A DNA stretch of 64,000 bases from Candidatus Culexmicrobium cathedralense. GTDB taxonomy: Archaea > Thermoproteota > Methanomethylicia > Culexarchaeales > Culexmicrobiaceae. The notes beneath the pieces were generated by a model. The model was given only the letters and a program-made list of their open reading frames with translations, did not search any database and was not told the origin of the DNA. Shown here piece after piece: positions 20,059 to 30,203 of this stretch. A program made the translations under genes and the position numbers. Location of the stretch: NCBI GenBank assembly GCA_025061115.1, contig JANZKC010000002.1:160001-224000 (forward strand), read 5' to 3'. Each line of letters begins with the position of its first letter. Position 1 is the first letter of the stretch.

Positions 20059-20525
20059 ACCTCCTTAACCTTCCAATCCTTTCTAAGCGGATACTCGCCT
20101 TCAGGCCAATCATCCGGCAGAAGAAGCCTCTCCAAATTCGGATGTCCCTCAAATTTTACGCCTAAAAGGTCGAAAACCTCCCTCTCGTACAATGTGGCGC
20201 CAGGAATTAAGTCAACTATTGATTCGATAACTGGATTGTCCTTCGGAACCCGAGTCCTAACATTTAAAAGCCAGCTCCTATTGTCCGGCGACAAGTGGTA
20301 AATTAGCTCTATATCCTCTCCAAGATCAACACCAGTTATCGTAACTATGTGCTTTACATCGAAGTTATCCCTGAGAAACTTGATAACATCCCTATGAGCC
20401 CCAGCCGGCACCTCGACATTAACCCTTCTCGCTCGGACTACTTCAACTTTCGTTATCTTATCTCCTAAGTGCCTCTTCAGCTCATCTATAATCATGCTTT
20501 CCCTCGAAGTCAACATCGAATTCAC
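20055..20525 (-). CDS. nuoC: NuoC-like subunit
   Basis: YEREVFDLLGVKFEGHP...YPLRKDW. Confidence 0.9.
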   Translation of the reverse strand: MNSMLTSRESMIIDELKRHLGDKITKVEVVRARRVNVEVPAGAHRDVIKFLRDNFDVKHIVTITGVDLGEDIELIYHLSPDNRSWLLNVRTRVPKDNPVIESIVDLIPGATLYEREVFDLLGVKFEGHPNLERLLLPDDWPEGEYPLRKDWKVKEV

Positions 20526-20956
20526 CCCGACCCCTTCAACTTAGCAAGAAGCTTAGCAACTCCATGAATTACTGCCTCAGGCCTAACTGGACATCCAGGA
20601 ATGTAAACGTCGACTGGAATAACCTTATCTATGCCGCCTAAAACGTTGTAGCAGCCCCAATAAACGCCACCAGAACAAGCGCAAGTACCTGCAGCTATAA
20701 CAAACTTGGGATGTGGCATTTGCTCATAAATCCTCTTAAGCCTAGGAGCAATATGCCTTGAAACAGCTCCAGTAACCACCAGGACGTCAGCGTGCCTCGG
20801 GCTACCCTTAAGTAGAATGCCGAATCGCTCAACATCAAATCTTGGAGTTAATGCAGCTATAACCTCGATGTCGCAGGCATTGCAGGCTCCAGTGCACATG
20901 TAGAGGATCCAGGGGCTTTTAATTCGAGACCAGCGTATGATCCCCAAGCACATCAC
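20522..20956 (-). CDS. nuoB: NuoB-like hydrogenase small subunit
   Basis: GACNACDIE, SPRHAD, GTCACSGG and PGCP. Confidence 0.9.
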   Translation of the reverse strand: MMCLGIIRWSRIKSPWILYMCTGACNACDIEVIAALTPRFDVERFGILLKGSPRHADVLVVTGAVSRHIAPRLKRIYEQMPHPKFVIAAGTCACSGGVYWGCYNVLGGIDKVIPVDVYIPGCPVRPEAVIHGVAKLLAKLKGSG

Positions 20957-21273
20957 CTCTTAGGAACTACGAATAGGGCTGCCAATAGCGTCGCAAGGTA
21001 TAGAACGAATGGAATTAGCGGCGCATTCGCTGCAATTGCTAGGATAAATGCAGCTACATCGAAAATCACAAAGTACAAGGCAAATCGATACAGCTGAATA
21101 CTAAGTTGAATATATTCGGCGGGGAAGTCCTCGCCACAAGCATACGGCGCCAACTCGCCAGGAGTATGCTCATGCTTTGGCGCCATCAAGTTGCCTGACA
21201 AGTACATTACTAGGTAAATCACCAAAATTATAATGAAAGCTATCGGAGCAGCTAGTATAAGGTTCTCCCACAA
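20953..21273 (-). CDS. nuoA: NuoA-like subunit
   Basis: PYACGE loop and YFVIFD; first gene of the block. Confidence 0.8.
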   Translation of the reverse strand: MWENLILAAPIAFIIILVIYLVMYLSGNLMAPKHEHTPGELAPYACGEDFPAEYIQLSIQLYRFALYFVIFDVAAFILAIAANAPLIPFVLYLATLLAALFVVPKR

Positions 21274-21386
21274 GGCCCCTTCACCACTCTTGCGAAAAAC
21301 GATTTAGTTAAAGAGTAACTTATAAGTTTTGGGATAAAATACCATTACAAAGTTCGTTCAGGCAACATGTTAGTGAGAGGGATACT

Positions 21387-22829
21387 ATGAGCAGCCCCTC
21401 TAGAGAAAGGTGGAGCTCCAACTTCAGTGAATGGTATAGGGAAGTCCTAGACGGCGCCGAACTCTACGACTACAGGTACCCCCTAAAAGGCTGCGGAGTT
21501 TGGAGGCCCTACGGCTTCAAGCTTAGACGCAATGTCTTGAAAATCCTACGGAGCCTACTAGATTCAACTGGACATGAAGAAATTCTACTTCCACTACTCA
21601 TTCCAGAAACACTTCTAGCTAAGGAAGCTGCGCACGTGCGCGGATTTGAAGGTCAAGTGTACTGGGTTACGAGAGGAGGATTCGACGAGCTCGATGTCAA
21701 ACTAGCCTTGAGGCCAACTAGCGAAACAGCTCTAGCTCCCATGCTCAAACTATGGGTTAAAGCGCACACGGACCTACCGCTAAAAATCTACCAAGTAGTA
21801 AGCGTCTTTAGATACGAAACAAAAGCAACACGCCCACTCATTAGAGTTAGAGAGATAACGACGTTTAAGGAGGCGCATACGGCGCACGCATCACTTGAAG
21901 ACGCTGAAAGACAAGTAAAAGAGGCGGTTGAAATTTATAGTAAGTTCTTCGATCAGCTTGGAGTACCCTACGCAATAAGCGTGAGGCCCGAATGGGACAA
22001 GTTCGCTGGAGCAATATATACCATAGCATTCGACACGATCATGCCGGATGGGAGAGTAATGCAAATTGGAACAGTACATAACTTAGGCCAAAACTTTTCC
22101 AAGGCATTTGAAATAGAATTCCTCAAGCCAGACGGCACCCACGATTACGTGTGGCAGACATGCTATGGAATTTCAGAGAGGGTAATTGCAGCACTCATAT
22201 CAGTTCATGGAGATGATAGGGGGCTAATACTGCCTCCAAATGTAGCTCCAATCCAGATAGTGATCATACCAATACCATACAAGGGAGTTGAAGAGGTTGT
22301 CGACAAAATGTGCAGAAAAGTCTACAGCATGCTGAGCAAAGCGGGATTCAGAGTAAAGTATGATGATAGAGAGGGAATAACTCCAGGAAGCAAATTCTAT
22401 GACTGGGAGCTCAGAGGTGTCCCCCTACGAGTTGAAATTGGGCCAAAAGACGTTGAAGAAGAAACAATTACGATTTCAAGAAGAGACACGCTGGAAAGAA
22501 CCAAGTGCAAAGTCGACGATGCAGTGAGGATCCTAAACCAGCTCATGAAGGACATTCAAGATAAGCTTAAGAAGAGAGCTTGGAATTGGTTTAAAAGCAA
22601 GATCTCCAGAGCCAGTAGCTTAGAAGAAGTAAAAGCCATGCTTGGAGATAGAAAGGGAATAATTGAAATCACTTGGTGCGGTAAAGAAGAGTGCGGATTA
22701 AAGGCAGGCGAAGAAGCAGACGCAAGAGTTTTAGGGGAAGCAATAGATCTAAGCGAGAAAGTAAGCGGCAAATGCGTAGTATGCGGAGAGAAAGCAACTA
22801 AAATACTAAGACTAGCGAAAGCATATTAA
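21387..22829 (+). CDS. proS: Prolyl-tRNA synthetase (archaeal type)
   Basis: [28 protein letters not shown] and C-terminal AKAY. Confidence 0.97.
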   Translation: MSSPSRERWSSNFSEWYREVLDGAELYDYRYPLKGCGVWRPYGFKLRRNVLKILRSLLDSTGHEEILLPLLIPETLLAKEAAHVRGFEGQVYWVTRGGFDELDVKLALRPTSETALAPMLKLWVKAHTDLPLKIYQVVSVFRYETKATRPLIRVREITTFKEAHTAHASLEDAERQVKEAVEIYSKFFDQLGVPYAISVRPEWDKFAGAIYTIAFDTIMPDGRVMQIGTVHNLGQNFSKAFEIEFLKPDGTHDYVWQTCYGISERVIAALISVHGDDRGLILPPNVAPIQIVIIPIPYKGVEEVVDKMCRKVYSMLSKAGFRVKYDDREGITPGSKFYDWELRGVPLRVEIGPKDVEEETITISRRDTLERTKCKVDDAVRILNQLMKDIQDKLKKRAWNWFKSKISRASSLEEVKAMLGDRKGIIEITWCGKEECGLKAGEEADARVLGEAIDLSEKVSGKCVVCGEKATKILRLAKAY

Positions 22830-23758
22830 GCCAAGCTTACTCGCTCAGCCCTATCTAACAAGTAGGACGCCCTCTCCTCAACCTCACCTCTAAAACCTAG
22901 GTTTGATGAACCAATCGACTCAACTACGAAAGAGGCAGAAGCCCCGCCAAAAGCCAAGGACCTCAAAACATCCTCGGACTCCAAATAGCTAGCCAAGAAA
23001 GCCCCGATAAATGCATCTCCACAGCCAGTTGGATCAACAGTTTTAACTGGAAAAGATGGAATACGCCAAATACCATCTGAAAATGCTGCAATAGCTCCAT
23101 CACCCCCAAGAGTGATGACAACAATTTCAACTCCAACCTTCCTCAGGATGCGTATAGCCTCAAGCAAGTCTACGGAATTCAATGCGGAGAGAAGCTCTCT
23201 ATGAGAAGCCTTAATTATATGAAAATCCTCAAGCAGGTTAAGGTCATATGGCCAAAAGCTAAGCTCAACCGATCCATCCCGACTAAATGTTCTAATGAAA
23301 CCCTGCAAATCTATTGCACGAATGCAGTCCACATCTAAAAGCTTAAGCAAAGTTGACTTGGGAACCTCCCCACAAATTGGAGCCACTAAAATGGATTTAC
23401 AACGAAAACCATCAGGGATATCCTTCACATATATTGGCTCGCACTTAGAAATCAGGCGCATCCTCCTACTCCAGTCACTTAAATACTCAATCTCAAACTT
23501 CGTCGTCGGAGATCCACACCTCCTAATGTGATCAGTTGCTATTGAAGCCCTAGAAAATCGAAGCAAAAATTCATCTCTAAAGTCAAAGCCTACCTTCGAA
23601 ATAACGGAAACACTCACGCCAAGCAACTTCGCTGAAAATCCAGCGTAGGTTGGCGGTCCACCCAAGCAAGTCTCACAGCGCCCACTTGGAACAGAAATTC
23701 TGTCAATTGATATGTGCCCTATTACAGTTAAGTCACAATTCTTGCCCATTGAATTCAC
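22826..23758 (-). CDS. PfkB-family carbohydrate/nucleoside kinase
   Basis: N-terminal GG motif and DPTGCGDAF. Confidence 0.88.
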   Translation of the reverse strand: MNSMGKNCDLTVIGHISIDRISVPSGRCETCLGGPPTYAGFSAKLLGVSVSVISKVGFDFRDEFLLRFSRASIATDHIRRCGSPTTKFEIEYLSDWSRRMRLISKCEPIYVKDIPDGFRCKSILVAPICGEVPKSTLLKLLDVDCIRAIDLQGFIRTFSRDGSVELSFWPYDLNLLEDFHIIKASHRELLSALNSVDLLEAIRILRKVGVEIVVITLGGDGAIAAFSDGIWRIPSFPVKTVDPTGCGDAFIGAFLASYLESEDVLRSLAFGGASASFVVESIGSSNLGFRGEVEERASYLLDRAERVSLA

Positions 23759-23829
23759 CCTCGCTCAATAAGCAGGAATAGCAACACTAATATTTATGAT
23801 TGAACTGCTATGAAAAAGGAGGCTGAAAA

Positions 23830-24117
23830 TTGCCGAAGAAGAGAAAGTCGAGGGGAAGAGCAAAGGGAAGTAAAGGTAAAGAGGATAAGGTTCAATGCGA
23901 TGCGTGCGGAGCATGGGTACCAAGAAGTAAAGCAAAGAGAATAACTAGGTGGGTATCCCCAGTAGATCCCCAGCTAGCAAAAGAACTGGAGAAAAAGGGC
24001 GCAATCATCCAAAAATATCCAGTGACAAAGTATTATTGCGTCTCATGCGCAATATTCAGAGGAATAGTCAAAATTAGATCTAGAGAGGAAAGGAAGAAGA
24101 GGCAGCCTTTAAGGTGA
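23830..24117 (+). CDS. rps26e: 30S ribosomal protein eS26
   Basis: MPKKRKSRGR...CDACG.VPRSKA...YCVSCAI...VKIRS. Confidence 0.96.
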   Translation: MPKKRKSRGRAKGSKGKEDKVQCDACGAWVPRSKAKRITRWVSPVDPQLAKELEKKGAIIQKYPVTKYYCVSCAIFRGIVKIRSREERKKRQPLR

Positions 24118-24741
24118 AAAATTAACCATTCTATCCAATTCCTCATGAAGAATAGTTATACAATGACTTGCAAGATAACTTAGAGGACCTAAACTCACTC
24201 TACCAGCTCCAATTGAATCGAGAAATCTCTCCGACCCAGCATCCAAGCCTAAATGGTCACCTAAAATGAAGGCATGCGAACTTTTAAAATCAAATTTAAG
24301 CCTTTCAATAGGAATTCCCCTCTCATGAAGGTAAAGTAACTTAACGCCGCTACTCACTAAATTTAGAATCAACCTTCTGAAATCACCCTTATCAATCCTA
24401 AAAGCAGGATTATTGGGATGCAGCCCCTCACCCATTGCCAATAAATCCCTAATAATCGAAGCAACTTCAACCTCACTTTCAGGAAGACCCCTCAAAAGGG
24501 AGCCATGAACACTCAAAACCTTGCCCGGAGAGGGAGGACCTTCAAGAACAGCATAAAAATCCACATAATTCCTAATCAAACCATCAACTCTAAAAGCACT
24601 TAAAATACACCTGCAAACAACATCTAATCTACCGCTCGTTCCAGCCACATTTCTCAAGAGAAAGTTGGGCGAAGTAATGGCTGTAGATGCCTTCAATACG
24701 AAGATGCGCTTCAAAGTCGATCTCCCCTCAAGCAAGTCCAA
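24109..24741 (-). CDS. trmY: tRNA (pseudouridine54-N1)-methyltransferase (SPOUT)
   Basis: GRLDVVCRC, LHERG, FILGDHLG and VSLGP..YLASHCI. Confidence 0.85.
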   Translation of the reverse strand: MDLLEGRSTLKRIFVLKASTAITSPNFLLRNVAGTSGRLDVVCRCILSAFRVDGLIRNYVDFYAVLEGPPSPGKVLSVHGSLLRGLPESEVEVASIIRDLLAMGEGLHPNNPAFRIDKGDFRRLILNLVSSGVKLLYLHERGIPIERLKFDFKSSHAFILGDHLGLDAGSERFLDSIGAGRVSLGPLSYLASHCITILHEELDRMVNFSP

Positions 24742-25295
24742 GCTTTAAAAGCTCGAATTCCAACGGTAATATGAGCCAAAATTGCTATTAGAATTACAGC
24801 CCAATTTACAGCGTTGAAAAGCAGTCCAAGAGTTATAATAATGAGCCTTTCAGCCCTCTCAGCAAGCCCAATGCCCGCCATTTTAACTCCCAAAGATTCA
24901 CCTCTAGCCCGAGCATAGCTCACAAGTAGCGACCCAGTAATAGCAGCTAACCCCCAAACAAGCTGACACAAAGATGCATATATAACCGAAGATAAAACCA
25001 CCACATCAGAATACCTGTCAAGCAAAGAGTCTAGAAAGCCGCCGAACCTAGTTACTCTCCCAGTCACCCTGGCGATCGCACCATCTAAAACGTCCATAAA
25101 GCCAGATATGAAAACAAATACAGCAGCAAATGCAAGTCTCCCCCTAACAACCAGAAAGGCAGACAACAAAGCAGCTAAAAAGCCAAGAGCTGAAGTAGCA
25201 TTCGGCGTCAATCCAACCCTAGCTGCCGCCAACGCTACTGGCTCAATAAATCGCCTAACTAAGCGCCTCAATTTCTCCAGCAAGCCAGCCACCAA
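24711..25295 (-). CDS. pgsA: CDP-alcohol phosphatidyltransferase, likely archaetidylinositol-phosphate synthase
   Basis: TPN, D.LDG..AR...G.FLDS.LDRYSD, SYARAR.E and ERAER. Confidence 0.88.
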   Translation of the reverse strand: MVAGLLEKLRRLVRRFIEPVALAAARVGLTPNATSALGFLAALLSAFLVVRGRLAFAAVFVFISGFMDVLDGAIARVTGRVTRFGGFLDSLLDRYSDVVVLSSVIYASLCQLVWGLAAITGSLLVSYARARGESLGVKMAGIGLAERAERLIIITLGLLFNAVNWAVILIAILAHITVGIRAFKAWTCLRGDRL

Positions 25296-25385
25296 CTTAA
25301 AATATCCATTTAAGCTATAAACAATGTTATTGTAGCTAGGTTAATTAGCGTCCAAACGCTAAAGTCAATCCAAGGAGGAGCCCAC

Positions 25386-26990
25386 GTGACCAGGATTAAA
25401 CCGTTTAGGCACTGGGTAGATATAGTAGTTGAAGACCTACTCTCAATGAAAGTAGATAAGCACATAGTTAATGGAGGAATGGCTGCCTCAGGCCCAATAC
25501 ACATAGGCAAAACTAGAGGAGAACTCTTCATCCAAGCAGCAGTTGCAAGAGGACTAAAGAAGCGCGGAGCCGACGTAGAACACATGCTAGTAGTATACAC
25601 TCAAGACCCATTAAAAGCCAAGCCGCCCCTAACAACTCCTGAATTCACCAGGAAGTGGAAGGGAATTAGAATACTCGACGTCCCATGCCCCGAAGGATGC
25701 TGCTCAAATTGGGTTGAACATTGGATGAAGCCATTTTACGAAGTATTAGACGACTTTGGAATTGAAAACTTGAAAGTAGTGGAGACAAGCGAGCTCTACA
25801 AGGATAGAAGAATGGTTAATGCAGTAAAGCTAATCATAGAAAAAAGGAATAAGGCAAGAGAGGTTCTAAGCAGGTTTAAAGGTGCAAAGTACCCCGAAGA
25901 CTGGATACCATTCAAACCCCTATGCCCAAACTGCCACAACATCTCTACAACAAAGGCCATTTCAGTCGACCTTGAAGCAGAAAAAGTCGAATTCACATGC
26001 CCAAGATGTGGAGTAAAGGGTAAGGTTGACTTAACGCAAGGAAAGCTGGAGTGGAGGCTTGAATGGGCAGCACTATGGAAAGTGCTAAACGTAACATTCG
26101 AGCCATACGGAAAAGACCACGCAGTAGCTGGCGGAAGCAGAGATAGCTGCGCAGCCATTGCAAAGGAAGTGCTAGGAATCCAGCCCCCAAAAGGACTGGC
26201 CTACGAGTGGGTTTACGTTAATGGAAAAGCTATGTCAAGCTCGGGCGGAATCTCATTCGACTTTAATGAATGGCCCAAAATAGCTAAACCCCAAGTTCTA
26301 AAGTACTGGTACTACTCCGCCAAGCCAATGACCCACCTTGACTTCAGCCCCCTAAAAGTGCCACAACTATCAGACGAATACGATAAAGCAGAAAGAGTGT
26401 ACTTCGGAATTGAAAAGGTTAAGGAGCCCAAAATAGAAGAAAACATGAAAAGAAGCTATGAGATAGCAAACAATGAAAAGCCACCCAAGGAAATGCCAAT
26501 ACAGATACCCTACAAATTCGCAGTTATGCTGGCACAAATAATTCCAGAGAAAGAGGGATTCGGATGGAGAGCAGCTGAAAAACTAATTAAAACAGGGCAT
26601 CTTCACGAAACTCCAAGTGAAGGCGAGATAAAACAAATAGAAAGCATTCTAAGAAGAGCAGGCTACTGGGCTCGAAAGTATGCGCCGCCGCACCTAAGAA
26701 TAACAATATTGGAGAAGCTTCCCCAAGAAATTGTTAACAAGCTAAGTGAGAAAGAAAAGGAATTCCTAAGAATACTTGGCGAAAAAATCAGTGAAAGAAC
26801 GTGGATGCCAGATGAGCTGGAAGCTGAAATATACAGACTAGCCAGAGAAGTCGTTGGTATAGGGTCTAAGAGGGCATTCAAAGCAGCATATAGGGTGTTG
26901 CTAGGCAGGGAAAGCGGGCCTAGACTAGCCCCATTCATCTTAACGCTAGATGAAAAGTTCGTAATCAAAAGATTTACTGAGCTTTCCTAA
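25386..26990 (+). CDS. lysS: Class I lysyl-tRNA synthetase
   Basis: SGPIHIG, EPYGKDH, MSSSGG and SGPRL. Confidence 0.95.
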   Translation: MTRIKPFRHWVDIVVEDLLSMKVDKHIVNGGMAASGPIHIGKTRGELFIQAAVARGLKKRGADVEHMLVVYTQDPLKAKPPLTTPEFTRKWKGIRILDVPCPEGCCSNWVEHWMKPFYEVLDDFGIENLKVVETSELYKDRRMVNAVKLIIEKRNKAREVLSRFKGAKYPEDWIPFKPLCPNCHNISTTKAISVDLEAEKVEFTCPRCGVKGKVDLTQGKLEWRLEWAALWKVLNVTFEPYGKDHAVAGGSRDSCAAIAKEVLGIQPPKGLAYEWVYVNGKAMSSSGGISFDFNEWPKIAKPQVLKYWYYSAKPMTHLDFSPLKVPQLSDEYDKAERVYFGIEKVKEPKIEENMKRSYEIANNEKPPKEMPIQIPYKFAVMLAQIIPEKEGFGWRAAEKLIKTGHLHETPSEGEIKQIESILRRAGYWARKYAPPHLRITILEKLPQEIVNKLSEKEKEFLRILGEKISERTWMPDELEAEIYRLAREVVGIGSKRAFKAAYRVLLGRESGPRLAPFILTLDEKFVIKRFTELS

Positions 26991-27859
26991 TTCTTACCTG
27001 CGCGCAACTCCTCAACCGCTCTTTTCATCATCAAAGCATCATCCTCAAGCAAAGGAGACTCGGAAATAATGGTAAAGCGGTAGTCGTTTTCAACTATCAA
27101 TTCAGCCAGCGGATTAAAGTCTGGTCCATGCTCCAAAGATTCAAGCGGAAAATGAGATAGCTCACCTCCGGAGCCAAATGAAACTTTAGTGAAGTGCACG
27201 TGAAGCTCATCCACCACCTTTCCTCCGAGCCTCCGCTCTATCTCCATCAAAATTCTGGAGTAATCCTCTTTAGAAGTAATTGCACCTTGACCTCTAGCGT
27301 GAATGTGAGCCCAATCAACCGTTGGAACAACGTGATCTAAAGACTCGCAAATAGTTAAAATTTCATCAAGATCACCTAGCTGCTTAACCTTCCCAGTAGT
27401 TTCAGGGCTCAAATAAACCCCCTCCAGAAGCCCTTCACTCTTCGCACGCTCAATCACCTCACTTAGAGATTTAATGCAGAGCTGAAGAGCCTCGTCTTTA
27501 CCCAGCTTTCCATAATAACCTGGATGAAAAACAACAATCAATGCACCCATCCAATTAGCAGCTCTTAAAGCGCTCAGTAAGCGCTCCTTACTTGAATTCA
27601 AAATCGAATCGTCAGTCGAGCACAAATTTATGTAGTATGGAGCATGAAGTGAAAGCTCAACATCGAATTCCCTAGCATTTTCACCCAGCCGCTCAGCCTT
27701 CTCCCTACTAATTTTAACGCCCCTAACAGCCTGATACTCATATGCATCCAGCCCAATTTCCCTTAAAAATTTAGGAACATTCTCCGGCTTACCTTTAAAC
27801 TTAATAGGCTTGCCTGCAGGTCCAAACCTCAACCTACAGTCCCTATTCAAAGCAAGCAC
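26987..27859 (-). CDS. nfo: Endonuclease IV-like AP endonuclease (TIM barrel)
   Basis: FGPAG, SLHAPYYINL, FHPG, ETTGK, DWAHIHAR and ISESP. Confidence 0.88.
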   Translation of the reverse strand: MLALNRDCRLRFGPAGKPIKFKGKPENVPKFLREIGLDAYEYQAVRGVKISREKAERLGENAREFDVELSLHAPYYINLCSTDDSILNSSKERLLSALRAANWMGALIVVFHPGYYGKLGKDEALQLCIKSLSEVIERAKSEGLLEGVYLSPETTGKVKQLGDLDEILTICESLDHVVPTVDWAHIHARGQGAITSKEDYSRILMEIERRLGGKVVDELHVHFTKVSFGSGGELSHFPLESLEHGPDFNPLAELIVENDYRFTIISESPLLEDDALMMKRAVEELRAGKN

Positions 27860-27891
27860 ACTCCCAACATTGAGAACAAAATATTTCCAAT

Positions 27892-28581
27892 CTATGATTC
27901 AGTATAAACCGGACATTTAACTCTAACTAGAACGCCATGCTCATCAACTACTATAGCGTAAAACTCTTTGGGAGGGACACTGCAGGGAAAGCTTATTCTC
28001 ACAATTCCGCGATCAAGGCAAACATCAGATGAATTCAATTTCACCCAAAAGTCGTCATATAGTACGAAGACCTCGCAACCAGCAACTTTCACCCCAAAGC
28101 CATTAACTAGCACTTCAAGTAAAGCGGTGAAGGATCCATTAATCCAAGCTGCACGCGTCACGTTAACTTGCAGAACATAACTAAATACGCGAACAACCTT
28201 AAATTCATCACATTCAATTTCAAATTTAAAATTAGCTTGAGTAATTGAGAAACTGCAATTCCACGAGAAGCCTAATCCACCCCTCCAATTGAAATGAACA
28301 TTATACCCCATCCTGGCAAGTTGATCCACAAAATTCTGAAACTCAATTAGCCTACCAATAATTATCGAAGCATCCCCAAATCTAGAAGAAGAGGATAACG
28401 AGAATTTAACTAACCTCCTCAATTCCAAATTTAAGTTCTCAATATATGAGGGCTCGCCTACTTTCACATTCTTGATGGTCAAAGGCTGAATTGCCACTAC
28501 GCAAGTTATTAAAACTAAAAGGCTGAGAACAAGCGAAGCAATAGCATAAGCTTGAGCTCTAATCATGGCTCTCGCCAACAC
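27892..28581 (-). CDS. Putative minor pilin/secreted protein
   Basis: RA|Q followed by a hydrophobic stretch (class III-like signal); last of four overlapping ORFs. Confidence 0.5.
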   Translation of the reverse strand: MLARAMIRAQAYAIASLVLSLLVLITCVVAIQPLTIKNVKVGEPSYIENLNLELRRLVKFSLSSSSRFGDASIIIGRLIEFQNFVDQLARMGYNVHFNWRGGLGFSWNCSFSITQANFKFEIECDEFKVVRVFSYVLQVNVTRAAWINGSFTALLEVLVNGFGVKVAGCEVFVLYDDFWVKLNSSDVCLDRGIVRISFPCSVPPKEFYAIVVDEHGVLVRVKCPVYTES

Positions 28582-28960
28582 GAACTCTCAATGCATAAAA
28601 ATTGCCGCTGGAGGGTAAAAACAACGCATAATAGACCTCACAAAGATGATTGCCACAATCACCGCCATGATAAACAACCGTGAAATCTTTGTCATAAACA
28701 GTCAGCTCAACTTCACAGCTGGGTAATATGCATTTTAAAGTCCCAAGCAAAACCTGCCAATCACCCCTACTCGCAATGGAAGTTAATACTCCAAGCTCAT
28801 CAAGCTTGAAAAGAGCGGATGAAATAGCCCTCCTATATTCCTCAACCATCAAGTTCTCCCTAGGAAAAGCTGAATATACGGCAAGAGATGCCGCGGATGC
28901 CACTAAAACGACTAGCAGAGATGTCAGTGCCTCTAAACTATGTAATTGCCCCCTATCCAC
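28559..28960 (-). CDS. Putative minor pilin, class III signal peptide
   Basis: MDRG|QLHSLEAL followed by a hydrophobic helix. Confidence 0.62.
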   Translation of the reverse strand: MDRGQLHSLEALTSLLVVLVASAASLAVYSAFPRENLMVEEYRRAISSALFKLDELGVLTSIASRGDWQVLLGTLKCILPSCEVELTVYDKDFTVVYHGGDCGNHLCEVYYALFLPSSGNFYALRVRVGESHD

Positions 28961-29456
28961 TCCTCACCCTCTCCACTGAGACTCTTAAAACAAATAATTC
29001 ACCGCTAATCGAAACCACCCTACTTGCAGTGAAAGCCTCCCTTAAATTAGCATCACCCAATTTAAAGGCGAGATCACTTGAATCTCTAAAGAGAGGCTCC
29101 AGAGATATCTGAACTTTAAAGCGACTGTCTGAAACCCCCAATAGCCTCAATAAGTTTGAGCTGGAAAGTCGAGGTAAAGCTCTAACTTTAATTGGCGACA
29201 GAGTATAAGGCGAAGAGCAATTTGGTAAAGCAAGTCCAACCAATTCAACGCTGCTCACATTATTCTCCCAGCTAATTGGAACTCCAGGATGCAGGCAAAG
29301 CTGCTCAATTACATGCAAAGCAGCGCTCTGCTCGTCAATTTCATTCAAAAAGAGATTAGTGTAGGTGGAAACATTCACTGAAACCATGAATGAAAGAATT
29401 AAAGCTAAAAATAAAATCATGAATGCGGAGAGAACATCAAAATCAGCACTCATCAC
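28953..29456 (-). CDS. Putative pilus accessory protein
   Basis: N-terminal TM helix and PG.P..WE...GLA pattern seen in archaeal T4P accessory genes. Confidence 0.5.
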   Translation of the reverse strand: MMSADFDVLSAFMILFLALILSFMVSVNVSTYTNLFLNEIDEQSAALHVIEQLCLHPGVPISWENNVSSVELVGLALPNCSSPYTLSPIKVRALPRLSSSNLLRLLGVSDSRFKVQISLEPLFRDSSDLAFKLGDANLREAFTASRVVSISGELFVLRVSVERVRSG

Positions 29457-29457
29457 C

Positions 29458-29874
29458 TCACCCGCCCCTCAAGAGTAAATGAAGCGAGAAGCCTTCACGA
29501 ACCATGATAACGACAATTCGACTTGAAGTGCTCAAAACTTCACCACTAGCATCCGAAATAAACTCGGGAAGAATAAATGAAGATGTAACAAATGGGGAAT
29601 GCACAGTTAAGGCAGGAGCCTCCCCCTCACGCGCATCAACTCTAATCAAATAAGGCGAATTGCCAGCATACTTCGGGACAGTAATTTCAGCCCTGGCATA
29701 GCGGAAACCTTCACTTCTCATGGCGATTAAGCACATCCTATGAATTAAAACTCCAATTCTAGTACACGTGGACTCAACCACGTGACGCGCGATACACTCT
29801 TCAACTTTTAAGGACAAGTCTAAAGCCATACGACCTACAGTTGCAACTGAGATTAACGACATCAATAAAGCCAT
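29458..29874 (-). CDS. Putative pilus accessory protein
   Basis: Hydrophobic N-terminus and P.Y.G..Y.I pattern; start uncertain. Confidence 0.45.
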   Translation of the reverse strand: MALLMSLISVATVGRMALDLSLKVEECIARHVVESTCTRIGVLIHRMCLIAMRSEGFRYARAEITVPKYAGNSPYLIRVDAREGEAPALTVHSPFVTSSFILPEFISDASGEVLSTSSRIVVIMVREGFSLHLLLRGG

Positions 29875-29937
29875 AGCATAAAATACGGATCTAAAGGAAG
29901 CCCACCATGAATCTTCTACAAAAAATATTTAAAGCTA

Positions 29938-30120
29938 TTAGCGTGGAGAAGCAAACTCCTTACCGCACCTAGGGCACTTGACGTAGCCACACGAACCCGT
30001 AGTGGCTGATGGGCAACCGGAACAGGCAAATGCTCTTGCATATGATAAGTCAAATACGAAGCCGCAGTATGGGCAAGTTATCCTGCGACCGCCACCAAAC
30101 TTAAATTTCAACCCAACCAC
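29938..30120 (-). CDS. Small Zn-ribbon protein
   Basis: CPYCG...CSGC...C...CPRCG in 60 aa. Confidence 0.7.
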   Translation of the reverse strand: MVGLKFKFGGGRRITCPYCGFVFDLSYARAFACSGCPSATTGSCGYVKCPRCGKEFASPR

Positions 30121-30203
30121 CGAGATTGAGATACGGGAAAAGTATATTTATCCCTAACCTTCCCATATAACTCTAGTTTAAATAAAGGAAAAAGCGTGAA
30201 AAC

